DNA from: Octopus sinensis
Taxonomy: Eukaryota
DNA length: 64,000 nt
NCBI RefSeq assembly: GCF_006345805.1
Contig: NC_043003.1
Span: forward strand, 83,452,001-83,516,000
Direction: 5' to 3'
The notes beneath the pieces are model-generated. The model was not told the DNA's origin, made no database searches, and saw only the letters and a program-made list of their open reading frames with translations. Positions 40,810 through 53,876 of this stretch are shown here, piece after piece. Position numbers and translations under genes: made by a program. Numbering within the stretch: position 1 is the stretch's first letter; each line of letters begins with the position of its first letter.

Positions 40810-41083
40810 TGTGGTTGATGAAAGGAGCACAACAGAACAAGGAAATAGGAAACAGAAGTGCAACAGGGTCTTACCTGACAGGGGATGAAGTCGGATGGCC
40901 TTCAGCCAACTTGCTCGCGTTTGGTCGTCTCGGTGCCTTGCTCCGGTCTGTCGCCACCGCTCGATGCCGCACGTGCCTTTTGTCGCTCACTTCCGCTTCC
41001 GCCGGCGCATGCGCCCTGCAAGACCTGTAAGCATCACTTCCGCTCCCGCCCGTCCCGTCACACTCCTTCATCACCACACCACA
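40810..41083 (-). repeat. 3' LTR (274 bp)
   Basis: Direct repeat of 43351-43628, differing mainly by small indels. Confidence 0.95.
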
Positions 41084-41095
41084 CGCCCCCCTGAT
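41084..41095 (-). promoter_or_regulatory. Polypurine tract
   Basis: Minus strand ATCAGGGGGGGCG abuts the TGTGG start of the 3' LTR. Confidence 0.75.
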
Positions 41096-41099
41096 CTAT

Positions 41100-42530
41100 A
41101 AATCACTGAACCGGCTTCCTCACTCGCTCCCGCATTTCGTCCTGGGCACGTACCAGTTCCCCCTGACCGGGTCTTCCGCTCTTGTCCTCTCTAGGATCTC
41201 CTGCATCATCGCCACCGTCCCTTCTCCCACCTTGTCGCCCCACCTCTCTCCTTCTGCTCGTCTCTTGGTGAAACTACACGCGTGCGCAGCCATCCAGCGA
41301 TCGGTAGTGACCGACCAACTTCCCACACACCGAGAACAGCTCTCTCCTGCTGACGCTGGAACTCAGCTCTGGGATTTCATTTCCTCTCCGGAACACCAAT
41401 TCACCTGATCTATCTCTTCGCAGCTTCAGCCCCAGCGCGGCTCCCCCTTCAATCGACTCCGGTGGCTTAGCAATCAGTCCGAACTTCTCCATGTCTCACT
41501 ACCTCGTTGGCTGCCACTACAGTGTCGTCCACCAAAATGTCGTCAATGTAGGAGCTGGTGGCCTTTCTGATCTTGCCGTCTTTCCCTAGGACGACCTAAG
41601 CACTGCCGCCATGATCTTCGGAGCAGAATTCAGCCCGAAACCCAGCCTGGTTAGACAGTACGTCCGGCCCTTGTACCGCACCAGCTGATATCGCCATAGT
41701 TTGTCGCTCACATGGAGCTGCAAGTATGCCGATCTCAAGTCGACAATCGTCGCTGCCTCAGTCGACTGTCTCCACTTGCGTAATGCCTCACCACAAACGT
41801 CTGTCGCCTCACCTCCCGTGTGAACACGATATGTGCTGGTTTAGCTCCCTGAAGTCCAGCACCGGTCTGACTTTTCCCTTCGTAGGCTGCACCCCGCCAT
41901 CAGGGGTAGCACTCCGCCCGCTACCTCCTCCTTCCAAGGGACAAGGACCCCTTCCTCGATCCACCTCTCCACCTCGTCTTCAAACTCAACCCTGGCGTGG
42001 CCTTTCAGAGTATGCTGTAACAGCTCACCCTGTTCTCCATGTCGGGGGCTCGCCCTTCCATTTCCACTCTATCGTCCACCGCTGACCATCGAACGCCGCT
42101 GAAAGTCCTTGTCCTCGATGGTAAAGCGGCGCCGTCCCTCGCGGGGCTCTGCTCCCTCTGTTGATCCTGACTCGCAGTGCACGACGCCCCCACGCTTCGA
42201 ACGTGACCTTATTTCCCCACAACGCTGACGCCACCGAGGCAGTTGATGGCGTCCATCCCCATCACCACATCAACTCCATTTATCACACGTTCGGCCACAA
42301 TTGCCTGTAGCCTTAGTGTCGCGCCGCGCACCACTATCTCTACCGTGCTGCTGCCTCTGCAACGGATTTCGCTGCCGTCGACCGCCCGGACACTACACAC
42401 CCCACCGTTCCTTCCTTCGTCACCCTCGAAGTCACCAGGGTGGTCGTACAGCCCGTATCCACGAGGGCTCTTGAACGCCTCCCCCTCGGCCTCCACGTCA
42501 ATCACTGGCAGTGTCTCCAATAGCGCCTCT
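41100..42530 (-). pseudogene. pol: pol remnant: aspartic protease and reverse transcriptase, frameshifted, truncated at the RNase H start
   Basis: ALVDTGC (DTG at 42451-42459); VDLRSAYLQL; TRLGFGLNSAP; SYIDDILV (YIDD at 41539-41550); stops at GNWYVPRTK, before the expected CDAS motif. Confidence 0.9.
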
Positions 42531-43295
42531 ACTTCGTTTGAGGGAAAGTTCGAGAGGCAGCAACTTCCCGCCGCGGTCGTTTCCCTGGCCGCAATCACGG
42601 GCAATGTGCCCTGTCTGCCTGCATCGATAGCAACTGGCCGGCCCCGCTGCGTACAGTCCCGCGCCATGTGCGGTCCTTGGCATTTAAAACATCGTCCTGA
42701 GAACGGCCGCTCTCGTTGCACGGTGGGCTTCCGTACCTCTTTCTCGAGACGTCGTCCGTCTTTACGCGCCTCCGTCACCGCCATCACTATCCCCTTCCGC
42801 CCCGAGTGTCTCGTCAACCCGCGAGCATGAGTTACAAGCTCGCTCAATGGCATCTTTTTGACCCCGGCAGTTGTTGTAGGTGAATCCCTACATCATCGGG
42901 GAACCCATTTACAAATGCCAGTCGGGCTGCTCTCTCCATTCCTTCTCTCCGCAAACCCGCCAGAGTCGCTAGCCTTCTAGCTTCCGCCGCAAAATCATCC
43001 ACCTGGCCTCCCGTCCACCTGATTGCACCCAGCTTAGCGAAAGCTGTGTACTCGCATTCTGTGTATGCGTCACACAAGCGCCGCTCTATATCCCCATCGC
43101 AGAGCCGTTCTTTTTCGTCCATTTCCAGGTAAAGCGACAACGCACTTCCTTCCAATACAGGGCCATAAGACTCGCCACGTCGCTTATGCCCTGCAGTCTC
43201 GCCACCAGCCTGATTTTCTGAATCCAGGCCACTACATCGCCTTCGCCGTTAAAAGGTCTGACGACGTCACTGGCGATCCTAATTTTTGCCGACAT
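42530..43295 (-). pseudogene. gag: gag with two CCHC zinc knuckles, frameshifted
   Basis: MSAKIRIASDVVRPFNGEGDVVAW..; CFKCQGPHMARDC and CYRCRQTGHIARDC lie in adjacent frames. Confidence 0.9.
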
Positions 43296-43338
43296 CGTGT
43301 TGACAAAAATGTTGAAAAAAATGTGAACGCTGACTAAT

Positions 43339-43350
43339 GCCGAAATAGCT
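43339..43350 (-). promoter_or_regulatory. Non-canonical primer-binding site AGCTATTTCGGC, complementary to tRNA-Phe nt 1-12
   Basis: Immediately follows the 5' LTR on the minus strand; plus strand reads GCCGAAATAGCT, the 5' end of metazoan tRNA-Phe(GAA) as I recall it. Confidence 0.75.
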
Positions 43351-43628
43351 TGTGGTTGATGAAAGGACAAACAGAACAAGGAATAGGAAACAGAAGTGCA
43401 ACAGGGTCTTACCTGACAGGGGATGAAGTCGGATGGCCTTCAGCCAACTTGCTCGCGTTTGGTCGTCTCGGTGCCTTGCTCCGGTCTGGTCGTCGCCACC
43501 GCGCTCGATGCCGCACGTGCCTTTTGTCGCTCACTTCCGCTTCCGCCGGCGCATGCGCCCTGCAAGACCTGTAAGCATCACTTCCGCTCCCGCCCGTCCC
43601 GTCACACTCCTTCATCACCACAACCACA
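43351..43628 (-). repeat. 5' LTR (278 bp)
   Basis: Perfect 8-bp terminal inverted repeat TGTGGTTG/CAACCACA. Confidence 0.95.
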
Positions 43629-44088
43629 AAGGGTACACTAGGCACATGCATCACAACCATATGTGCGCGACATGGTGATCTCATATCAAGATAAACAGCA
43701 CATGACCTTGCAGGTGGGGCCCAGTTACAATTTTGTTCTGGTCGAGTAGCCCATCCCGCTCAAAAGGTCCCTGAATAAGGGTTGTTTAAGGATGTTGAAC
43801 GAAACACCCCTCTTTCCAAAGGTGAATTATTCAAACCCCAAGGAATCTCTCTAACACATGGCTATGATGATCCCCCACTACTTCTGCTCGTGATCAGAGA
43901 TGCAGATATCGTCAGCCACTAAGGGACATGCTCAACTGGTTAAGGTCAAACAACTGACAGGCAAATCTATGGTATTGAGCAGAATATTTGCTGTAGCCCG
44001 TAGCCCACAGACAAAACAATGTACATCATAACACTTGCAATCAGTTAAGATCAGTAGCCATGAAAGCCACTGCCTGGTACTGCATCAG
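43629..44088. mobile_element. Right part of the host interspersed repeat
   Basis: Starts with the TSD AAGGG and ends at (ATT)n; noncoding. Confidence 0.7.
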
Positions 44089-45044
<956 letters not shown>

Positions 45045-45073
45045 CATTATTATTATTATCATTATTATTATTA

Positions 45074-45127
<54 letters not shown>

Positions 45128-45129
<2 letters not shown>

Positions 45130-45235
45130 TCTCTTTATATTCTGCAGGTGTTAAGACTCTCCACCCTGAGATTAGGTGGTCTATCGTTTCAATCTCATCG
45201 TTACAGAATCGGCATTTTGGGTCAGCTCCATTTTT
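45128..45235 (-). repeat. Duplicate of the ~105-bp 5' end (zinc knuckle) of the 44130-44893 element, embedded in (TAA)n
   Basis: Nearly identical to about 44788-44893, with the same junction to (TAA)n. Confidence 0.9.
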
Positions 45236-45248
45236 ATTATTATTATTA

Positions 45249-45285
<37 letters not shown>

Positions 45286-45319
45286 TATTATTATTATTAT
45301 TATTAATATTATTATTATT

Positions 45320-45394
<75 letters not shown>

Positions 45395-45555
45395 TATTAT
45401 TATTATTATCATATTATTATTATCATTATTATTATTATTATTATTATTATATTATTATTATTATTATTATTATTATTATGAATATTATTATTATTATTAA
45501 TTATTATTATTATTATTATTAATTATTATTATTATCATTATCATTATTATTATTA

Positions 45556-45594
<39 letters not shown>

Positions 45595-45614
45595 TATTAT
45601 TATTATTATTATAT

Positions 45615-45910
45615 TTCTTCATCACAGGTTTTGTTGCAGTTCCTGAAGTCTTACATGTATTGCGGGCTTGCTACCTGCAACCAACGGTATCTTTTCTTTT
45701 CGGCTATCTGTTTTCTTTTCTTTTCGGCTTCTAATACTTTCCTAATTATTCTGGCTGTGCCAAGGAGGCAAACCTTTCGTAACCGTTCTACTGGGCACTC
45801 TATTCCAATTTCCTTTATATTCCCCTTGATGCCTTCTGATACTGTTCCCAAGGACCCAACAATATTCGGCACTATCTTCACCTTCTTCATTTTCCACAGT
45901 CTGGCTAGCC
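45615..45910 (-). mobile_element. 5'-truncated R4/Dong-type 3' end, second subfamily
   Basis: LARLWKMKKVKIVPNIVGSLGTVS..VCLLGTARIIRKVLE; (TAA)n on both sides. Confidence 0.85.
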
Positions 45911-45912
45911 CG

Positions 45913-45967
<55 letters not shown>

Positions 45968-45972
<5 letters not shown>

Positions 45973-46319
45973 TAGTTTTATTTTTATAGCGTGCTTTCAC
46001 TTCACTACCGAGCGCAGCTCTGTGTGCCTTGGGTATGTGCTGTGATTTGTTGTGATGCTCTGATGGTTATTGTATGGAAAGTGTTCTGCGTAGGATGTGT
46101 GCAGTGCCTAGTAGTGCAATTTTCTGTATGTTATATGTGTTTGTAAGTCCTGGTGTTTTTGTTATGTATTTGTCGGAATATTTTTTTATCATGCCTAATG
46201 ACCTACTATGATAGGAATTGTTTCTGTTTTCAGGTTCCACATTCTAGTTATCTCTATTTCCAGGTCTTTGTATTTTGAGAGTTTCTCCATTTCTTTTAGA
46301 GACACGTTGTCATCTGCTG

Positions 46320-46320
<1 letters not shown>
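45968..46320 (-). mobile_element. 5'-truncated R4/Dong-type 3' end, third subfamily
   Basis: PADDNVSLKEMEKLSKYKDLEIEITRMWNLKTETIPIIVG..IQKIALLGTAHILRRTLSIQ*; (TAA)n on both sides. Confidence 0.88.
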
Positions 46321-46368
<48 letters not shown>

Positions 46369-46884
46369 TAGTATTACTATTATTACTACTACTACTACTA
46401 CTACCATTATTATTATTATTATCATTATTATTATTATTTACTCGTCATTGTTTAATACTTTTCAAAATCTTTCTTGCATCGATGTCGACATGGGAGCAGA
46501 ATTATTTCGCGGTTGACATAAATTTAATACAAGACGATAAGAATGTGTTAAACTAAGAAAATACGAAGCGGTAACCACAAAATAAAGAATGTTTCTGACT
46601 TTGCTTTCTTTTTTTTTTTTTGGTTTGGGTTTTTGTAAGAGAGAAATCTAACATTTAATGTAGTATCAAACAAAAACAATTACATCAATTCTAATACTTA
46701 GATGAACAAATAAAATTTAGCGTTCAATTACGCATCAGAACAACACTACAACAAATACAATAACAACAGTAACACGTGTTACTAAGTAGCGAAATATTTG
46801 TAATATTGACTCAGTGAAATACAACATTTATTTTCATTGCAGAAAACTCAAGAGCAAACTGAATGGAATTGTCAAATAGTTGTT

Positions 46885-46912
46885 ATATATGTATGTGTGT
46901 TTAGATAGATAT

Positions 46913-46970
<58 letters not shown>

Positions 46971-46971
46971 G

Positions 46972-47005
<34 letters not shown>

Positions 47006-47257
47006 CCGACAGGAGAAACGGATATAGATATATTCATTTATGTATGTATATATTCATGTTTGTTTGAGTGTGTATGTACATACGTATTTATAACATACAT
47101 ACACATACATACGTTCATATATATATATATATATACGTATTGACATACATACATATATATATATATATGTATGTATGTGTATATATATATACATACATAT
47201 ATATATAGATTCGTATGTATATATCTATCTCTCTGTCTTTCTTTCTCTCTCTCTCTT

Positions 47258-47316
<59 letters not shown>

Positions 47317-47717
47317 GCATGTATATGTAGTTATATATATATGTGTGTGTGTGTATGTATGTATATTTAAATAAACACAGAAAGACATACATATATACAT
47401 ACATCCATATGCACACGCATACACATACAATATGATAAAAGAGCGTTTATATTTGCTTCTGCATCGCTCAACTTACCATTGGTTTACCTCTCATAGCATC
47501 TCATCTATCATTATGTTTTGAGTCATAATATTTTATCAGAAATTCTGTAAATGCCAGATTAGATAAATCGCTTCTATGTCAATTTTGTATCTGATGTTTT
47601 ATTTTCCTTTGATGGCGTATTGAAGTCCTACAAAAAAAGATATGATATCGGCTGAATGTCCTTTGTGAGATTCCTTCAACTCTGATATTTATTATAAGGT
47701 ATAGTGTTAGGTGTGTG

Positions 47718-47801
<84 letters not shown>

Positions 47802-47841
47802 CGTGTATACATTAATGTATTTCTGCATAGTCCCACACATA

Positions 47842-47888
<47 letters not shown>

Positions 47889-47891
47889 GTG

Positions 47892-47922
<31 letters not shown>

Positions 47923-48030
47923 TAATGTGTGTTTCTGTGTGTGTATATATGTGTGTGTGTGTTAATGTGTGTTTCTGTGTGTGTATATGTGTGTGTATGT
48001 GTGTATAAGTGTGTGTGTGTATGCGTTCAG
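46885..48030. repeat. (GATA)n/(TA)n/(TC)n/(TG)n microsatellite-rich block
   Basis: Seen directly in sequence. Confidence 0.85.
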
Positions 48031-49398
48031 TATTATTTTTCGGTTAAATTGCAATTTTATGTAAGATTAAGATATATACTTCAAACCTTTCATTCTACAT
48101 GTGTAGCAATGCTTCATAACGTTTGAAAGTTTCAAGAAGAATTTTTCTACAGAGATTTCTTAATTCTTTGAATTTAGCTTAAATGACATCGTAAACTTTA
48201 AAAAAAAATTAATACTAGATATTTGCATTTGAAAAAAGCCACCATAAATTATATATAATTATTTTAACTTATATAGTAAATATATATCCTTTTATGACTT
48301 CATTTAAATACCAGTGTATTAGGGCCATCAGAAATTACTGTTAAGCATTTTTACAATGAATTCCGTGTTGAAAGTCTTTGTTGCTGTAATCATACAATGT
48401 TAGTTTTTCTATGATTTTCATATTTATTATAACTGTTTATATACGAATCTTTGTTGCTCGGATATTTTATTTATTTGTTTTTCTTTATTTTCCATCACTT
48501 CGGCAAGACATTAGGTTCAGTAAACTACGTTCATGAATGAATGATGAAATATGACTTATTCACTTTCGTAATACTTAGTCAATTCATGAATTTCTTACAC
48601 TACACACTTACTGTTGTTCCCAACACACATTAATTTGAAACTAAAGCAGTGTGAGATCATTAGAAAAACTATGTTTTCCCTTTGACCGCACGCTACTTTA
48701 CACCCAAATTTTGCCCATACTCATTCATCAAAATATATGGTTATACCATGTGTATTGTGACTATATTAGATTCTGTGGGCGACAACGAGGAGGTATACAC
48801 GGTAGAGTGCCGGACAAGATATATCAAAATATTTAGTGATATTACTTTTTGCTTTGAGCTCGAATCCCATCTAAGACTATCTTCCATCGTTGTCAGATGA
48901 CAAAAACAAGTACTATATATGTAGTGACGTGTTTTTTTCGAAAGTTCATAACCCGATTCTCTTCCTACATCACTTGGATATTGTGACAACGTTACAAATT
49001 ATATTAAATTAAAGTTTTCCACCAGTGATTCTTGTTTCTTATTTAAGAATGAAATATGGAAGCAAAAAAAGTGCTTGCATATATACTCTTCCCAGTAAAT
49101 TGAGTATGTCAACCAGAAACAAATTTCATTACTATAGTTAATATATTTATTGTCAGCAGTAAATGTTACGTTCAAAACATTTTTTCCGGTAGCACTGTTT
49201 TCAAGATGGCTCTTGTTATCCAAGTTAGTTTTATTTATGCATACTAAAAATCTATGCATACTGAAAATCGATTTTAAATTGATTTTTAGTAGATTATTTT
49301 TTTGTATCACTTATTTGAATAGACACTTAAGCACCTATATACATACACACAGAAACACACAGACATACACACAGAGATATATGTGTGTGTGAGTGTGT

Positions 49399-49442
<44 letters not shown>

Positions 49443-49834
49443 TATGTATGTATGTATTTATGCATGTATGTATGTATGTATGTATGTAAATATATATACA
49501 TATATATATATACATATATATACACACACAAAGAAAATGTATTCTACTAAAAGTATTGAATAACCATCGCTTGAATATTTTAATGTAAAATTGTTTTGCA
49601 TGTTTATCAAAAAGCTACAATTCACATGGAGGACTGAAGCGACACTTGAACATTCATAATAGACGAGCAGAAAATTGAGTCAATAGTGAAGTGGGACATT
49701 GCAGTAATATAATGGACTATTTCCCATACATCGAAATTGTTGACCTTGTGCCAAACTTTGAAACCTATGTATATGTGACACACGTGTATATATGCATGTA
49801 TAGTCGCCATGATAGATCGGTAGCCACTACACAC

Positions 49835-50012
49835 ATTTTTTTCTCTCCTTGTTTCGCTCCTTGTTTTTTTTCTGTGTCCCTTTCTGTAGAAGAGCGTAGG
49901 CTCGAAACGTAAAAGACTTTTTCAATTCCTGAGCGTTATACTAATACATCTCTTTGTTTTATACACCTGTCTTCGTCGTTTGGTTATTTTTTCGTGAACT
50001 CTCCCTATATAT
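49835..50012 (+). mobile_element. Penelope-type pseudo-LTR-like repeat with hammerhead-like motif (49880-49915), copy 1
   Basis: CTTT-CTGTAGA-A-GAGC gtag GCTC-GAAAC-GTA-AAAG; homologous to 57715-57858. Confidence 0.65.
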
Positions 50013-53000
50013 GCATGTATGTGCATAAATGTTGTATATCAACGTCTACAGCAATAGGCATCTTCATTTACCGACAGATACGCTCCCACACTGCCAAATC
50101 CTGTCATGCGTTAAAAGCGTAAATTGCCTCACAGAGATTCACACATCTACAATAATAATTTTTAACAAACATCCATCATGCTCTAACCGAGCCTACATAA
50201 CCGCTTCTGCTGTAGCAGCCACCAGAATATACAGATATGCATAAACAGGCTGGACAATGAAGAGGATTCAACACAATCAGACAAACCTTTCCACCAATTC
50301 GTTGCATGTACAGAAATGATGTACTTGTACTTTCATGTAAAATGAACAAACAAATTCATTGTTAGATTTGGAAAAAAAATGAGACGTTTATTCAAGATTT
50401 TGTGTTTAAATATAACATTTCAAGTAATCTAACAATGGCTGTCTTGGATATTTCACCAGGTCTTAAGGCCTTATAAATACAACCATCATATGAAGCTAAA
50501 CATGGCGACAGTATATATAAAAATAATACTGCGCTCACTTCAGCTACAATTAGAAAGCCCATAGAGAACATAAGTGTAGATATTTACTATCAATCCTCTC
50601 ATAGAGAAATATGCATAAAAGCAACATTCCTCAAAAACGAAGCTCTAACCGGAAGTGCGTTTAGTTAGATCATAGTTTTTATAATGAAACCCACATCTAC
50701 TCCGATTTCAAGGAGAACCAAGAAGCTGAAAGTCATCTGCTTAAAATAGCTCATAAGTTAAACGTCACTACTAATAACGCTAGACATTTCTATTTCTCGT
50801 TGGCTCATTCAGTGGATGAGCAACCAATAAACGACCATCTCCCAAGCTGAACGCTGCAAAATTATGTGAGCTGCTAACCTACATACATTTTTGTGTTTAT
50901 TTACATTTATACTTCTATAATATATTATATATATATACACTTCATTATTTGTGGGCTAACAAAATTACGAATGATTTCATGTAAAGAGTTCTTTACAATT
51001 GTTCAAACATACCGCATGAGAACGTTAGAAATTGTCTCCAAAATACAGGACGTTTACGTCTAAATTTCACATCCCAATAACACAGACATTCTTTCTCTGC
51101 TGTTGCTGCATTTTCTTTCGAAATCATAGAGAACTGAGTCAATAACGCTAATTTCTACAGAAATTTTATTGACAGAGCTACTTTCCACTTTACCAAGGCC
51201 CTTGACAGGATGGTTTTAGTTATGAGGGACTACATGGTGAACCCCAGTATCTATTCTGAATCCAAGCAGAAACAGGAAGTCATCTAGTTTAATCCACCTT
51301 ATAATTTAGAAGCTTCTACAAATATTGCCAGAAATCTCTATCTTTCGTAAGGCGCCATTCCCTGACAATGCATAAATAACACAACCTTTTCGACTCATGT
51401 TATAGTGAATAATTCTTGAGTAAATAAAATTACTTCGAGCATTGCATGCCATTATCTGAAACATGCATTTGTACTGAGTAGACCTCCCCTCCCAGTAACC
51501 CAGCTGCAATTGCTGAGATCGGAACATTTGTGCACTGGAAAGTGCTCTGCGGGACTATAATGTATAGTGCAACGTTCTCCCGAGTAGCTCCGTTCAAGAG
51601 CCGATTTAGTTAACATCATCATTCCTATAGGTCCAGAGATAGTGGTAAATTTTCTTTTCCATCCCATTTCCAAATGTAGACGAAAACAATGTAGAAGCCC
51701 GTCAGAAGGAGCTTTCCTGTTCTTGGGTAGCATACCTAACCCGACGCCTAGTTTCACCAGCACCACCACGTATCATTTGTGTGTATTAACAGAGTCCACC
51801 ACTCTGTTGCTGCTACTCTGATTTGGTCTTCGGTCGGTAGTAACTTTTTCGCTTCCACCCAATTCAAAGATCCTAGAAACAAGCCATCGGTGCTGACCTG
51901 TGACATGTTTTCCTCTAAGTTATTAAAAATATATATAAACGTAGCTTATTCATTTTACTTCGCTCTCTCACTAAACATCATTTCACCTTCAATTGCTACG
52001 AACTACCTTCAATTAGATCACCACGCAAGGGCAAGTGGGATTGTGTTTTTGTTTTGCTTTTTTTTTTTGCTTTTTTAAATGTTGTTTGTATGTGAAGAAA
52101 TTGTGTTGTAACTGATATTCTTGACTATTGCAAATATATTCGGGAAAACCCTTGAGAATACGAAGCCGGACGACATGGAAATACAACCCTATTTAATTTT
52201 CCCAGAAGTGCAATTTGCATCATTTATACTGCATTAATGCCACAACATCACGTTCTGGATAAACTTCCCAACATCTAAAATATATTTTTTTCACTTTATT
52301 TTTATTCTTTGTGTCTTTTCAAGAGAAAAACTGCAATATTTCATTCAACTTTTCCTTTCTTCTTCTTTCCTTTAATTCTCTTCTTTTTAATCTAAATTTT
52401 GATTAATCTAAGTTTCGATTCCCCCGTCTCCACTTTCTATTACTCAAACTATCTCACATTTTTATTCCATTCTCTCTCTCTCTATTTCTTATTCATTTCT
52501 CTCACAGTGTTCCTTCCGTTCTTATTCCATCCTTTTATTTGCTCTCCCATTCCATTCACTAGCTTTCTCTATTTCTTTCTTTCATTCCACCCTTTTGCTA
52601 TCCATTTGTCACTCACCCTATTTCTAATCTCTCTCCCTCTCTCTTTCTCCGTCTTTCGCCCTCCTTCACTCTCTCCTTCCTTCCCTCTCTCCTTCTTTCT
52701 CTCCCGCCATGCTCTCAGATTCTTTCTCACAAACTCTCATCTTCCCTCTTTACATCTCACACTTTATCACTTGATGTAAATCCTCAACTTTCATATATCA
52801 CTATCTCTCTGCTTGTCTACCTGTTTACTCACTATTTAACTCCACTTCTTTCTCTCTCTTTCTCTCTCCTCTCTTTCCCTCAATCTCTAACCCTCTCATC
52901 TATTCTCTGTGTCCATTTCTCTCTCAATGCATCTATTTCTTATTCGTTGATAATTGTTCTAATACTGAGAGGAGAAATTCCAAATTTGCCAGCTGTTACC

Positions 53001-53543
53001 AATCCATATGTAGTTTGACATTTCTCGCTAATCGCTTCATTCCTTGTAGCTTAATGACCAAAGTAATATTGAACATACGATATTTAACATCGGAAAACCA
53101 TGTCGCAGCGAGGCGATTTAAATGCGATGTTTTCCCTTAGGATGAATATATCTCGGATGAAGAAAAAAATTATCAGAATTAGTGCTGGTGGGGGTGAATA
53201 AATGTGTTGGTTCGGTTACAGAGGAATTAACTATTGTATCCTTAATATGCTCTTAATCTCTCTACAGAAGTTTTGAATTTCATGATATGCATATGTTCAC
53301 CCACTCACAACCCATCCCATCTCACACATACACGCACACGCGCGCGCGCGCAGAACACACGTATACGTACATGTATGCATACATACGTACAGAAATGCAT
53401 GCATTTGTGCATACATGCATATATTAAGATGTCGTTTTACTAGCGATCATGCAAAAGTGTCATTCATTCTACAGATATTTAAAATGCTCAGTTGAACATC
53501 ATGTGTGTGCGCAAGTGTATATGTATGTATAGGCGTGTGTATG

Positions 53544-53580
<37 letters not shown>

Positions 53581-53690
53581 TGTGTGTGTGTGTGTGTCAC
53601 GAATCTATTTCTAAGTGTATATATACATAATATATACATATATATCTATACATATATATATGTATGTATATATATATATATATAATATAT

Positions 53691-53739
<49 letters not shown>

Positions 53740-53742
53740 GTA

Positions 53743-53773
<31 letters not shown>

Positions 53774-53843
53774 GTATATATATATATATTATATATATAT
53801 ATATGTATGTATGTACTGCATATGCATATGTATGCATGTATGT

Positions 53844-53876
<33 letters not shown>

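Larger units (their letters stand above)
40810..43628 (-). mobile_element. Ty3/Gypsy LTR retrotransposon, young, lacking most RNase H and all integrase
   Basis: Two near-identical LTRs (40810-41083, 43351-43628) with TGTGG..CCACA termini; 5-bp TSD AAGGG (40805-40809, 43629-43633); gag-PR-RT order; PPT next to the 3' LTR. Confidence 0.97.

Noticed and set aside
43351-43628. Tf1-type self-priming of the LTR element
   Set aside because: The sense-strand LTR has no GCCGAAATAGCT to pair with the PBS.
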